Origin: a virus
Taxonomy: Duplodnaviria > Caudoviricetes
Strand: one strand, 5' to 3'
IMG/VR virus record: IMGVR_UViG_3300038300_000071
Span: 96,001 to 160,000 of that record
DNA length: 64,000 nt
Shown piece after piece: positions 18,711 to 27,976 of the stretch. Position numbers and translations under genes: made by a program. The number at the start of each line of letters is the position of its first letter. Position 1 is the stretch's first letter. Under the pieces are notes generated by a model, which saw only the letters and a list, made by a program, of their open reading frames with translations, ran no database searches and had not been told where the DNA came from.

Positions 18711-19709
18711 ATGGAAAGACGTTGCAAAACTGAAAATTGCCTGATAAGGGCAAAAGGAAGAAAGAGTTTCGGTGTAGATTTTTCACATGCAACATTGATG
18801 AAAAATCCGAAACAGGAATGGAGTGGATTGAGTAGAAATAAAATTAAAGTTGCTCATGACAGAAAGTTAAATGTAGATTGGGAAAATTTTAACAATGACA
18901 ATTACCTATTCACCCATGCTACAATTGTTGCATCTGTAGACACAGACGGAACACATCAAATTAAAGCACCATGTAATGGGCTTATTAATAATAATGGTAA
19001 TGCTTGGACGAATGAAGTTATGTTAGCAACATTCAGATCGTTCGTTGGTGGAGAAAATTACTACGAGCATGTTCAAATACCAGAGTTGTCAAAGGGTAAG
19101 ATTCTAGACGCTGTAATAAAGCCTGTTAAGTATGCATCTGAAACTGGTGAACTGGCAGATGTTTATTATGTAGACATACTAGTAGCAACAAACAGAAGAC
19201 ATGACGATCTTGTAAGAAGAATCGGCAATGGAGAGTTATCCACAATGTCTATGGGATGTATTGCAAATGTATGTACATGTTCTAAATGCGGAAAAGAGTT
19301 AAAAGATAATGATAGAAACTGTCATCATTTAGATAATCAAATGAGACAAGAGTATACTGACTTTCAAGGAAACAGAAGAGTGGTTGCAGAACTATGTGGA
19401 AGAACTTACATAGATCCAATTACTAAAAAGAAAGTTGGTGATCCAGAGTCTGTTCAATTTATTGAAGCCAGTTGGGTTGAGAAACCAGCATTTAGAGGAG
19501 CAGTAATTAATCATTATGTTTCTGATGTTTCTAAAGTGGCTAAAGACATTATCGGATTCAGCGATAGAAAGCTTGAAGAAGTTGTAGAAGACCTATTTAA
19601 AATAAGAGTTGCTAATCAAGATGCAATGATTGCTTTAAGAGTTGCCCATGAAGAATTGCAGAGACGCAAGTGGGAAGCAATGGTAAACAACGTTACTAGA
19701 GAGTTCTAA
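18711..19709 (+). CDS. Prohead (capsid maturation) protease with zinc ribbon
   Basis: NNNGNAW, YYEH..SKGKILDA, IGNGELSTMSMGC, CTCSKCG..CHH and FIEASWV..PA; position before scaffold and MCP. Confidence 0.8.
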   Translation: MERRCKTENCLIRAKGRKSFGVDFSHATLMKNPKQEWSGLSRNKIKVAHDRKLNVDWENFNNDNYLFTHATIVASVDTDGTHQIKAPCNGLINNNGNAWTNEVMLATFRSFVGGENYYEHVQIPELSKGKILDAVIKPVKYASETGELADVYYVDILVATNRRHDDLVRRIGNGELSTMSMGCIANVCTCSKCGKELKDNDRNCHHLDNQMRQEYTDFQGNRRVVAELCGRTYIDPITKKKVGDPESVQFIEASWVEKPAFRGAVINHYVSDVSKVAKDIIGFSDRKLEEVVEDLFKIRVANQDAMIALRVAHEELQRRKWEAMVNNVTREF

Positions 19710-19725
19710 AGATAAAGAGCTTATT

Positions 19726-19761
19726 AAAAAGATCTTAGTTTAAAAGCTAAGATCTTTTTTT
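19726..19761 (+). terminator. Intrinsic terminator (possibly bidirectional)
   Basis: AAAAAGATCTTAG...CTAAGATCTTTTTTT inverted repeat. Confidence 0.8.
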
Positions 19762-19945
19762 ATTTGTATAAGAGGGTTAAAGAAATTGGTTATAACTAAG
19801 TGATATGGAAGTTTGTTTTTAATAAATTTTCTTTATTATTTTTTTTCAAGCTTATTTGAGCTTAAAATGTATGCACAATTTTTTTATATTTTTTTTATAT
19901 GTTGTAAACAACCTATTTTTTATTTAAACAATCTAGGAAATAAAA

Positions 19946-20674
19946 ATGAGAGAAAGAATGACTGCAACAAGGTCCCTTGCAGCCGAGATTAACGATTTGG
20001 AAATTCAGATCGAATCCGCAGAAAGAGACCAGATATTAGCCGAGACTGAAGGTCTAACTCAAAGAGTTATTGAGTTAGAAGCGAAGCTTGAAGAAGCTGG
20101 TCAAAATTCTGATAGTAATGATTCCAAGAATATTGGTATTGGAGATTGGGCCGAAGTTAAAACTAAAAAATCAAGTGAAATAGAGGGCATGGATAACATG
20201 AATTACATGAAAAAAATGAATTACATGAAAGACATGGGATATATGTCTGACATCGATCATGATAAAATGATGAGTTATATGAAAATGATGGACGACATGG
20301 ACATGGCTTGCACAAAGCACATGGGAAGTGAAGAAGTCGTTTCTGCTGATGAAGAAGAAGTTGTCGAAGAAGTAGAAGCATCTGCTGTTGAAGTAGAAGC
20401 TGCTGTTGAAGTAGAAGCTAAATCTGATGAAGAGCTCAACTCAGGTGATGACAAAGCACTTGAGATCGATCAAGATTTCCTAGACGACGTTGAAAAACTT
20501 CGTGGAAAAGAGGATTTGGCAGACGCCAAGTCAATGTTAGCAATCGCATCCGACCGTTTGGACAAAGTAGCAAGCTACTTGGAAGAAACAGGCAATGATA
20601 AAATGGCTTTCGCTGTTGATCAGCTTGCAGATGTAATTGATTCAAAAATCGCAAGTATGAAAGAGGAGAAATAA
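19946..20674 (+). CDS. Scaffold-like acidic protein with a Met-rich segment
   Basis: Between protease and MCP; coiled-coil and acidic; 15 Met in 45 aa at 20189-20323. Confidence 0.6.
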   Translation: MRERMTATRSLAAEINDLEIQIESAERDQILAETEGLTQRVIELEAKLEEAGQNSDSNDSKNIGIGDWAEVKTKKSSEIEGMDNMNYMKKMNYMKDMGYMSDIDHDKMMSYMKMMDDMDMACTKHMGSEEVVSADEEEVVEEVEASAVEVEAAVEVEAKSDEELNSGDDKALEIDQDFLDDVEKLRGKEDLADAKSMLAIASDRLDKVASYLEETGNDKMAFAVDQLADVIDSKIASMKEEK

Positions 20675-20676
20675 GA

Positions 20677-21741
20677 ATGAGCAGAGAAAGACTTACTCGC
20701 AGAGCTGCCGATGGATCAATTCCTTATCCAGGTATGGTTGGCAACGAAGATAGAAAGTTTAAAAAAATGGATGAATATTCAAATTTTAAACAAGAAGTAA
20801 ATCATGAACTACCTGACAATCGTACAGAGTGGGAAGATAATCCACGTGACGAAGTCGGCTTTGGTATTCCAAAAGAACAGACTGGTGTTAAAGAAAGTCT
20901 TAAGCACACTGTTGCTGGAGTAAGACAAGCCGCTTCTAAAGCTGTTAAGCTTGCTGTATTGTTACTAGGCGAAAAGGCTGATGAAGCTACTCTAGAAACT
21001 CAAGCACGTGCTTTCATGGCCATGGGTCCTGACGAGCTAGATGCAACTCTAGACCGTTTCGCTTCTACTGAGCATCTTTATGTTGCTAAAGAAGAAGTTG
21101 AAGAAGTCGAAGAAGAGAAAGAAGAAGTAAAAGAGTCTTCTGACAAACTTGCTGAACTTCAATCTGAAATTGACACTCTTCAAGCAAGCTTTGAGAAGCA
21201 AGCTGAAGAAGTTGAAGAAGAAGTTGAAGAAGTAAAAGAATCTTCTGATAAGGTTGCTGAACTTGAAGCGCAGTTAGCTTCGTTCAAAGAGTTTGCAGCT
21301 AAAGGTGAAGTTCCACCACAATTTCTTGAGAATATCAAAGAAAAGAAAGAAGAAAAAGAAGAAAAAGAATCATCTGAGACGGTTGCGGAAGAAGTTTCCG
21401 AAGAAGTTGAAGAAGAAAAAGAAGCTGGTACAATCGACCCAGAAATGGATGAGGAATCTGATAAGGATGACGACAAGATTGGATCAGTTGACAGTGGTCT
21501 CGACGTTGAACTGAATAGCGTTGTTGCAGATTATGAAAATGCTCCTGAGGGCGAAGAGACATTGGCATCAATTTTTGATGACAGTACTCCTTCTCAGGAT
21601 GATCTCAATAAATTAGCTTCTTCTAAGGAAGGTATTAAATCTCTTGGCGGACAGCCAAAAGTAGCTTCTTCTAAAGATGCTGAGAAAAATATTGGTTCAA
21701 TATGGGACGACGCACCGGACGTAAGTTCAGTGTTTCAGTAA
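20677..21741 (+). CDS. Head scaffolding protein
   Basis: Glu-rich coiled coil with internal repeats (EEVKESSDK.AEL) directly upstream of decoration and MCP genes. Confidence 0.7.
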   Translation: MSRERLTRRAADGSIPYPGMVGNEDRKFKKMDEYSNFKQEVNHELPDNRTEWEDNPRDEVGFGIPKEQTGVKESLKHTVAGVRQAASKAVKLAVLLLGEKADEATLETQARAFMAMGPDELDATLDRFASTEHLYVAKEEVEEVEEEKEEVKESSDKLAELQSEIDTLQASFEKQAEEVEEEVEEVKESSDKVAELEAQLASFKEFAAKGEVPPQFLENIKEKKEEKEEKESSETVAEEVSEEVEEEKEAGTIDPEMDEESDKDDDKIGSVDSGLDVELNSVVADYENAPEGEETLASIFDDSTPSQDDLNKLASSKEGIKSLGGQPKVASSKDAEKNIGSIWDDAPDVSSVFQ

Positions 21742-21789
21742 TTAAACAAATAGGGATTCATTAAGAATCCCTTTAAAAGGAGAAATAAG

Positions 21790-22251
21790 ATGGCATTAAG
21801 TGTATTAATACATGGTCAGCAAAATTCTTTGCCAGTTCTTGAAGACGCAGGATTTACAAAAGTCAACGCAGGTGCTAACGCAACTGTTGGCGTAAATACT
21901 CCACTAGGCGTACTTGGCGGAACTGTAGCATCGTATTCAGCAGACTACACAGTAGGCGCAGCTGACGAAGCTTCAAACATTGCAGGATTGTTTTTAAACA
22001 ATGCAGCTGGTGCAGCTTTCGAGAATAGTCCAGCAGTTGCTTCTGGTAAGGTAACAGTTCTTAAGGGAAATGCTTCAGTAGAAGTTGACGTTTATGCAGA
22101 TGACGTAACAGGTTTGGCCGTTGGTGCAGATCTTTATTCTGATGCAGACGGATTCTTAACTGGAGTTGCAGGCAGCGGAGCAATTATCGCTGTTGTTACT
22201 AAGGTTCCTTCAGTCTCTAGCCCAACATTAGGATTAGACATGCGTATCTAA
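21790..22251 (+). CDS. Capsid decoration/cement protein
   Basis: Ala/Gly/Val-rich; ASGKVTV..G...EVDVY and GADLYSDADGFLT; immediately upstream of MCP. Confidence 0.75.
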   Translation: MALSVLIHGQQNSLPVLEDAGFTKVNAGANATVGVNTPLGVLGGTVASYSADYTVGAADEASNIAGLFLNNAAGAAFENSPAVASGKVTVLKGNASVEVDVYADDVTGLAVGADLYSDADGFLTGVAGSGAIIAVVTKVPSVSSPTLGLDMRI

Positions 22252-22301
22252 TCTTCGGATTAAATTGCATGACTAACTAATTAATTAAAGGAGTTTTTAA
22301 A

Positions 22302-23162
22302 ATGGCTGTAAACAATCAGATCAAAAATGAAATAATCTCAAAGTACATCAAGACTGCCGCTGGCCGTCAGAAACTAGCTGCGTCTATGATTCAGCCTTTG
22401 AGAAGAAGAAGAGATTACACATCAATAGGTCGTAAGGCGTTTTTCGTTGAGCAACTTCCTGATGGAGCTCTTCCAATCTATGACAAAGATCCTAACATCA
22501 CTGCTTATGTAGTTGGTGAAGAAGGAATGAACATCGTTGCTGTTGCAAAACCTAAGCGTGTTCTTTTCCCTCTTTTCGAGATTGCGTCTAACCCTGAAAT
22601 CCAATTAACAGAATTGAAGCAACGTCGTTTTGACCTTGTTGAGCGTTCAGTTGATTTGGCAAAAGCTGAAATTCAAGCTGAAGAAGATCGTAAGGTTTTC
22701 GCAGTTATGGATGCACTTTCTGCTGATCCAACTAACCCTAACCCAGCGATTCCTGTTACTGGTAACTTAACTTCTAACGCTCTTGCTGATGCATTCGCTA
22801 ACATTGAAAGAACAGACATCCGTGTCGCTAATGTTTTTCTTAATGCTAAAGACTATGCTGATTTAAGAAAGTGGGACAGAGATACTCTGGACATCGAAAC
22901 TCAAGCAGTACTTCTTAAGACTGGTCTTATGGCTACTCTTTGGGGCGCTAAGCTTATCGTTTCTCGTATCGTTCCAGAAGGTAAAGTATATGTTTGTGGT
23001 GAGCCTGAGTTCTTTGGTCGTATTCCGGTACGTACTGAGCTTACAGTTCTATCTGCTGATGATCCAAAGCTTCGTAGAATTGGTTTCTCAATTTTCGAGC
23101 AGATCGGAATTGGCGCATACAACCCGTTCGCACTACAGGTACTTGACATTACACGTGTCTAA
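22302..23162 (+). CDS. Major capsid protein (HK97 fold, Bxz1-like type)
   Basis: GRQKLAASMIQPLR..RDY, LPDGALPIYDKD, PLFEIASNPEI and AKAEIQAEED; SD AAGGAG; biased codons (CGT, AAC, TTC). Confidence 0.9.
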   Translation: MAVNNQIKNEIISKYIKTAAGRQKLAASMIQPLRRRRDYTSIGRKAFFVEQLPDGALPIYDKDPNITAYVVGEEGMNIVAVAKPKRVLFPLFEIASNPEIQLTELKQRRFDLVERSVDLAKAEIQAEEDRKVFAVMDALSADPTNPNPAIPVTGNLTSNALADAFANIERTDIRVANVFLNAKDYADLRKWDRDTLDIETQAVLLKTGLMATLWGAKLIVSRIVPEGKVYVCGEPEFFGRIPVRTELTVLSADDPKLRRIGFSIFEQIGIGAYNPFALQVLDITRV

Positions 23163-23208
23163 TACCAGCGTTATTAAAGTGTTGTAGTTTGGCACTTTAG
23201 AGATTGTT

Positions 23209-23243
23209 AAAGCCCAAGAGTTTTACTCTTGGGCTTTTTTTTT
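23209..23243 (+). terminator. Strong intrinsic terminator after MCP
   Basis: AAAGCCCAAGAGT-ttt-ACTCTTGGGCTTT followed by a T run. Confidence 0.9.
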
Positions 23244-23297
23244 GCTTAAATACAATAGAGGTTCGTTAGTGATTCAAGTAGTTTGCAATAATTATTT

Positions 23298-23317
23298 TTT
23301 TATATTGGGCTATTTAT
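23298..23317 (+). promoter_or_regulatory. Candidate late promoter motif
   Basis: TTTTATATT-GGGCTA-TTTAT, just after the MCP terminator. Confidence 0.5.
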
Positions 23318-23351
23318 TGGACACATGAGAGTTTCAAAAAAGGAGAAACAA

Positions 23352-23588
23352 ATGGCATATATACAAAATCCAACTGACATCGGTCAGGGTCAGAGAGAAA
23401 GAGCAGAGTTCGACAGTGGAGTTCCTGTTTTCCAAGATGGTAAGACGAGATCAGTACAGGCTGGCGATGGTGGAGCTGCTCCAAGAACATCGCATGAAGT
23501 TGGATCTTATTACAGTAATGCGGGCGTAGCAATGCCTTTTAACGATAAGCCGGGTATAGATTTTTCGGGTCTTATTGGAAAAGCGTAA
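23352..23588 (+). CDS. Hypothetical protein
   Basis: SD AAGGAG before ATG 23352 (MAYIQNP), in frame with the listed ORF 23325. Confidence 0.7.
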   Translation: MAYIQNPTDIGQGQRERAEFDSGVPVFQDGKTRSVQAGDGGAAPRTSHEVGSYYSNAGVAMPFNDKPGIDFSGLIGKA

Positions 23589-23677
23589 GTTGAAGTAATG
23601 CATGGTGGCCTTTCAAAGGGCCATTGTGTAGATGGGCAGCACCGAAAAAGTAACAAGTAACATTACTAGGGGTCGTT

Positions 23678-24151
23678 GTGATTAAGGATAAATTGAAAGG
23701 CTTTTGTAGAAAAGTATTCAGATGGGGATGGTATATTTTTGCCTCTTGGTTGTTAGTGCAGATATGTATGTATATGAATACATACATTGACTTTGCGGTA
23801 AGAGAGTTGAGAATATTTAAGTATGATATATTGGTGTCAATGTTTGGGGCCGTTATTGTCGCTCCTCTGGTGGAAGAGTATACTAAGAGGCTTGCCTCGA
23901 AGGGTAGATTCTTATACGTGTATGCAGTTTTATTTGGATTCTTTGAATTGGCTGTATATGTGTCAATGGGAGCTCCTTGGGTGATGCGTCTTCCTGTTGT
24001 CTTTGTTCATCTCTTCTTCGCATCTGTTCATCATTATTTTGAAAGAAAGTCAAAAGAAGAAGGTAATAAATATATAAGTTGGATTGGATTCCTTCTTGCA
24101 GTTTTATTTCATGCCACTTACAATTTTATGGTAAGTTTAGGCAGTATGTAA
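23678..24151 (+). CDS. PrsW-family (M82) intramembrane metalloprotease
   Basis: APLVEEYTK, FGFFE, VHLFFA and LFHATYN; several transmembrane segments. Confidence 0.8.
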   Translation: MIKDKLKGFCRKVFRWGWYIFASWLLVQICMYMNTYIDFAVRELRIFKYDILVSMFGAVIVAPLVEEYTKRLASKGRFLYVYAVLFGFFELAVYVSMGAPWVMRLPVVFVHLFFASVHHYFERKSKEEGNKYISWIGFLLAVLFHATYNFMVSLGSM

Positions 24152-24179
24152 AAATTATAAATTAAATGGAGTGTTTAAA

Positions 24180-24635
24180 ATGGCACGAAAGAAAAATACG
24201 GAAAAGAGTGAAAGCGCAGCAAAGTCTAAAGCGGCTTCAAGTAAAGAAGTTTTGAAGAATGGGCTGGTAAGCATTGAAAGTGATTCGAAGAAAGAATTAT
24301 CAGATTTGAAGAAAGAGCTGTCAGATCTTAAGAAGTCTAACATAGAGATGAAATCTAAATTGGATTCTCAGAAGAAGGAGTCTGATGGGATTGACTCATT
24401 GAAGGAGTCAAACAAAAAACTTACATCTGTTTATAATAACGCCAAGACGAGAATTTCCAAGCTTGAAGAGGTTGAAGCTCACAGTAAAGTTTTAGAGAAA
24501 GAAATTGAAGACCTTAAAAGTAAGAGCAAGCATGGCGGCTCTGAAACGCCAGTGGCTTCCAGTTTTAATGGTGTAGTTGAGGCTCATGGAGATCACATTA
24601 GTAGATTCGGAAGTGATCAAATAGGCAGAGCTTGA
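24180..24635 (+). CDS. Coiled-coil hypothetical protein
   Basis: GGAG before ATG 24180; KKELSDL tandem repeat. Confidence 0.7.
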   Translation: MARKKNTEKSESAAKSKAASSKEVLKNGLVSIESDSKKELSDLKKELSDLKKSNIEMKSKLDSQKKESDGIDSLKESNKKLTSVYNNAKTRISKLEEVEAHSKVLEKEIEDLKSKSKHGGSETPVASSFNGVVEAHGDHISRFGSDQIGRA

Positions 24636-24652
24636 TTTGATTGAATAAATTG

Positions 24653-24685
24653 ACTCCAGTGCCAAAAGCATACTGGAGTTTTTTT
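24653..24685 (+). terminator. Intrinsic terminator (copy 1 of the duplicated element)
   Basis: ACTCCAGT...ACTGGAGT stem followed by a T run. Confidence 0.75.
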
Positions 24686-24908
24686 ATGTCTTTATCTTTT
24701 AGATTAACCCAGTGATCGAATGGGTTGGCAATGACGAATCATGGGATTGCCTTTCTAATTCGTATTATCAGGTTTAAAGTCCAACTCCAGTATATTATAA
24801 ATAATAATTTTATATTTAGTTATTTATAATAAGACATACTGGAGTTTTTTTATGTCTTTATTTTTTAGATTAACCCAGTGCTCGAATGGGTTGGCAATGA
24901 CGAATCAT
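24669..24908 (+). repeat. 74-bp direct repeat (24669-24742 and 24835-24908) with hairpins; candidate cis-regulatory RNA
   Basis: Two mismatches between copies; internal AACCCA/TGGGTT and ATGA-cgaa-TCAT hairpins. Confidence 0.9.
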
Positions 24909-24979
24909 TCTGATTTGGACTTTGTTGGGGTTAACGTTCGTATCCCCGAAGAGTAAAAAACGTAAAAAAGGAATATAAA

Positions 24980-25762
24980 ATGGCAGCAAGTACAACAGCA
25001 AACTGGTGGCAGTATAGCAGATGGTTATATGCTACTGGTAGAAACTTAAGAACAATGTTGTTAGATCCTAGTAACATTGCAGGAAATGCAAACGAAGCGA
25101 CTTTGAATTCTTATGTTAATGCAATCAGAGGTTTCAATAGCATCTTTTTTGACTATGGGACTAGTGCTTCATTCGACATAACAATTACTGCTTTAACTTT
25201 AGATGCAGCTGACACAATCGACATCGTTGATGTTGCAAGTGATCCTGATGTGCCTTTGGCTCAGATTGATGGATCTCAGTTGGACAACAGCACTTTAGAT
25301 ACAGCGGCATATACTTTGGCAAATCTTATTAATGCAGAAGCAGCCACGGCTGGCGCGGCATTATTCGCAATTGCTCTTCAAGATGGAAGTGGCGTATGTA
25401 CGGTGTATAGCACAATAACTGGCGTTATTGGCGATACAAACACAGTGACTATTGTCAGTGCAGGCGGAGAAATTACTCCAGCTGGTGCAGGCGTATTCTC
25501 TGGCGGCGGAACAGCTGTAAGTGGAACAAGACCTTGGCTTTCTTACTGGTATGATAAGAAGAATGCTTCATCTCAAGCTCTTAGCTGGACTTTGTGGCCA
25601 GTAGCTAATCTTCTTGAATTTGAGAAGATAATTGCTAGAGATGTTAAGAAGGTTCCAATTACCGACATTGAAGCTGCAGCAGCAGATGCTTTGTTTGCGG
25701 TGACGGGCAATTTAAGACTTGGTACAGGCGCTATCTTCGGACAAGTGAGTGGTAACGAGTAA
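24980..25762 (+). CDS. Probable virion structural protein with an inserted beta-rich module
   Basis: Ala/Thr/Gly-rich; central TAAYTLANLIN...G..G...FSGG resembles the module in 27977 and 30032. Confidence 0.65.
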   Translation: MAASTTANWWQYSRWLYATGRNLRTMLLDPSNIAGNANEATLNSYVNAIRGFNSIFFDYGTSASFDITITALTLDAADTIDIVDVASDPDVPLAQIDGSQLDNSTLDTAAYTLANLINAEAATAGAALFAIALQDGSGVCTVYSTITGVIGDTNTVTIVSAGGEITPAGAGVFSGGGTAVSGTRPWLSYWYDKKNASSQALSWTLWPVANLLEFEKIIARDVKKVPITDIEAAAADALFAVTGNLRLGTGAIFGQVSGNE

Positions 25763-25770
25763 ATAAGACT

Positions 25771-25792
25771 TAGGCGGCTCTAGGGCCGTCTA
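25771..25792 (+). terminator. GC-rich hairpin after stop codon (weak terminator or stabiliser)
   Basis: TAGGCGGC...GCCGTCTA; no clear T tract. Confidence 0.4.
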
Positions 25793-25856
25793 AACACCTT
25801 ATAAGCATTATGTTTATAAGTTCATTAAATGATAATATATATATGAGGAAAGAAAA

Positions 25857-26537
25857 ATGAGTGAAGTTAAAACGGAAAAGTGGATTCTTAATAAGAGCAT
25901 GCATCTTGGATACATTAAAGATTCTTTCGCTAAGGGTGTTACAATTGAGCACTTTATCGAGGAAAAGTCTTTATTGATTGATGGTAGAAGGTTTGAAGAG
26001 ATCAGAGATTTAACGATCCTGAAGAGTCAGGCAGCAAAGAATCCTAGTGATCCTTGGGTTTTACCATTCTCAGAAGAGGCGATAGAAAAAGCTCAGGCTA
26101 CATCTGTTCCGGTTGTAAAGCCGAAGCCAGTTCAGAATGAGAAAAAGGAGATGAATGTCGTAAAGTGTGATGACGATATGATGGGTCAGATTGATATTAG
26201 CCATACGCAAATATCAAAGATTAAGAAAGAAGCAGCGGATGCTGAAGTTGCATCTGCTAAAGAGAATTTAGAAGTTGTTAGAGGCGATGAGTCTCAGCAA
26301 GAGAGAGTAGTAAGACTGGGAGAGACTATACCTGACATGCCAATCGTAAAGGATGACAGTCTGGGTGAAAGTGTATCTGGTGGAATTTCTCTTAATGCTG
26401 GAACTGTTAAGACGAAGACGGCGGAAGAGATTGAAGCTCTTAGATTGGAAGCCGAGCAAAAGGCAAGTGGAGAAAAAGTAGCACGTATGCCTGTTGTTAG
26501 TGAGGATGAAACTGATGCTTTGTTAGGGAGCAACTAA
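25857..26537 (+). CDS. Hypothetical protein
   Basis: SD GAGG; 226 aa. Confidence 0.75.
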   Translation: MSEVKTEKWILNKSMHLGYIKDSFAKGVTIEHFIEEKSLLIDGRRFEEIRDLTILKSQAAKNPSDPWVLPFSEEAIEKAQATSVPVVKPKPVQNEKKEMNVVKCDDDMMGQIDISHTQISKIKKEAADAEVASAKENLEVVRGDESQQERVVRLGETIPDMPIVKDDSLGESVSGGISLNAGTVKTKTAEEIEALRLEAEQKASGEKVARMPVVSEDETDALLGSN

Positions 26538-26539
26538 AA

Positions 26540-26803
26540 GTGACTTTTGAATATAAGTGTCAGGAAAGCGACACGGTTATAGAGCGTGATTTTACAATAG
26601 GGAAGGCTTCGAAAGAAGTCTCTTGTAGTTGTGGTTCAAGCGCAAAAAGATATTTTAGCTCTATGAATTTCCAGTTAAACGGAGGAGGATGGCCGGGTAA
26701 GTCATCTAAGTTCGACAAGGAAATGACAAAGAAAAACGAGGCGGCAGGAAAGCGAATGAGGAAGGAGCATGATCCCCCTCCCAAGCTTATCGATCAAAGA
26801 TAA
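26540..26803 (+). CDS. FmdB-like zinc-ribbon protein
   Basis: TFEYKCQES...CSCG...RYFS...F.L.GGGW; first CxxC degenerate (CxxS). Confidence 0.7.
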   Translation: MTFEYKCQESDTVIERDFTIGKASKEVSCSCGSSAKRYFSSMNFQLNGGGWPGKSSKFDKEMTKKNEAAGKRMRKEHDPPPKLIDQR

Positions 26804-26832
26804 AAATTAAATTAAATTAAAAGGGTAGGATT

Positions 26833-27093
26833 ATGATTGATAGTGAATATACTTTCTATAAGACTAGTGACATATACTTTTCAGCGTACTTGTGCGCTTT
26901 AGATGTGCCGCTCCACACTACTGAGTCAGAGAAGAGCAACAATGCGATGAATAAGAAGATCATATTCATTTTCAAAGTTCCTGTAAAAGATTTGGCTAGA
27001 TTGAAGGCGTCTTATTTTGGAGGATCAGGAACAGTCAAAGCGTTAAAGATGGTGCAGCAGTTGAGAAGTCTTAAGAGTATGTGCTTCACCTGA
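26833..27093 (+). CDS. DUF5659-like small protein
   Basis: YKTSDIYFSAYL...KIIFIF pattern. Confidence 0.55.
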   Translation: MIDSEYTFYKTSDIYFSAYLCALDVPLHTTESEKSNNAMNKKIIFIFKVPVKDLARLKASYFGGSGTVKALKMVQQLRSLKSMCFT

Positions 27094-27138
27094 TTCTTAA
27101 TGTAGTGCAAGACTGTAGAAAAAACTAAGGAGAATAAG

Positions 27139-27966
27139 ATGGCGACATATCCAGGTTCGAACATACCGATAAATGATTTAAGTAATACTAGATTGAATTC
27201 TATTATTGATAATCTTTTGACACCAAAGCTTATGGCTTTTCGTGAAATATGTATTTATGATGAAAAAGCTACTTTGATGTCAGATGGTTCTACTTGGAGA
27301 GTCACTTATTCTAATTGGTTGCCAAGATTTGATTTGGGAGTAAGGAAGAACGGACAGTCTCTGGGGCCGGGTGGTGGTTATGAGAATGTTAATTATTGCG
27401 ATGGAACACTAACCGCAGGAGCTATTGACTTTGGGCCTGATGGAAGATCGAAAGACTCTTTAGAGTTGACGTATCAGTTTGATTATTTCCCAGCAGTAGT
27501 GTTAGCTGGTTACTTGTATGCAGCGATTGAAACTGTAAACACGGGAGCGGCAGGCCCTCCTACTGATTTTGGCTTTGATTCAAACAATGAGCCTCCTGCT
27601 TATTGGGATGGAGTTTTGTCAGATCTTGCATTTGCAATGGCGATGGAAAGATTAATTTTAGATTACGATTTATGGAAGGGAAGACTAGTTTTTGCTTTAA
27701 ACCCAGGTGATGTTTATGACGGCTCTGGATCTGGTTCAAATGTAGTAAGTCAGTTGGAACTTCTGAAGAAGAATGCAGAAGAAAGAGCTCAGAATACACT
27801 AGACAATCCGAAGTTCAAGATAGGCGGGAATATAACTTCTGCTCCTACTGCTGTTTATTATTCAGCAGTAAGAGGCATTGGTGGAAGAAGTTCAGGTTGT
27901 TTGGGGCCGGGTGGCAAGGTTATCAGCGGGAAGCTTAGAGGCTTTGGAAGGAATAGACTTTTTTAA
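27139..27966 (+). CDS. Putative head-tail connector/neck protein
   Basis: SD AAGGAG; position between head and tail genes; helical C-terminal half. Confidence 0.5.
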   Translation: MATYPGSNIPINDLSNTRLNSIIDNLLTPKLMAFREICIYDEKATLMSDGSTWRVTYSNWLPRFDLGVRKNGQSLGPGGGYENVNYCDGTLTAGAIDFGPDGRSKDSLELTYQFDYFPAVVLAGYLYAAIETVNTGAAGPPTDFGFDSNNEPPAYWDGVLSDLAFAMAMERLILDYDLWKGRLVFALNPGDVYDGSGSGSNVVSQLELLKKNAEERAQNTLDNPKFKIGGNITSAPTAVYYSAVRGIGGRSSGCLGPGGKVISGKLRGFGRNRLF

Positions 27967-27976
27967 GGAATGAAAA

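Noticed and set aside
23591-23653. Short peptide-like frame (WWPFKGPLCRW...) and GU-rich hairpin before the PrsW gene
   Set aside because: No in-frame start codon after the upstream TGA; the hairpin relies on many G-U pairs
24669-24908. 74-bp repeat as a mini-CRISPR, known riboswitch or self-cleaving ribozyme
   Set aside because: Only two copies, and too long for a CRISPR repeat; I could not match c-di-GMP, hammerhead, twister or pistol consensus cores by eye. Kept only as an unknown element
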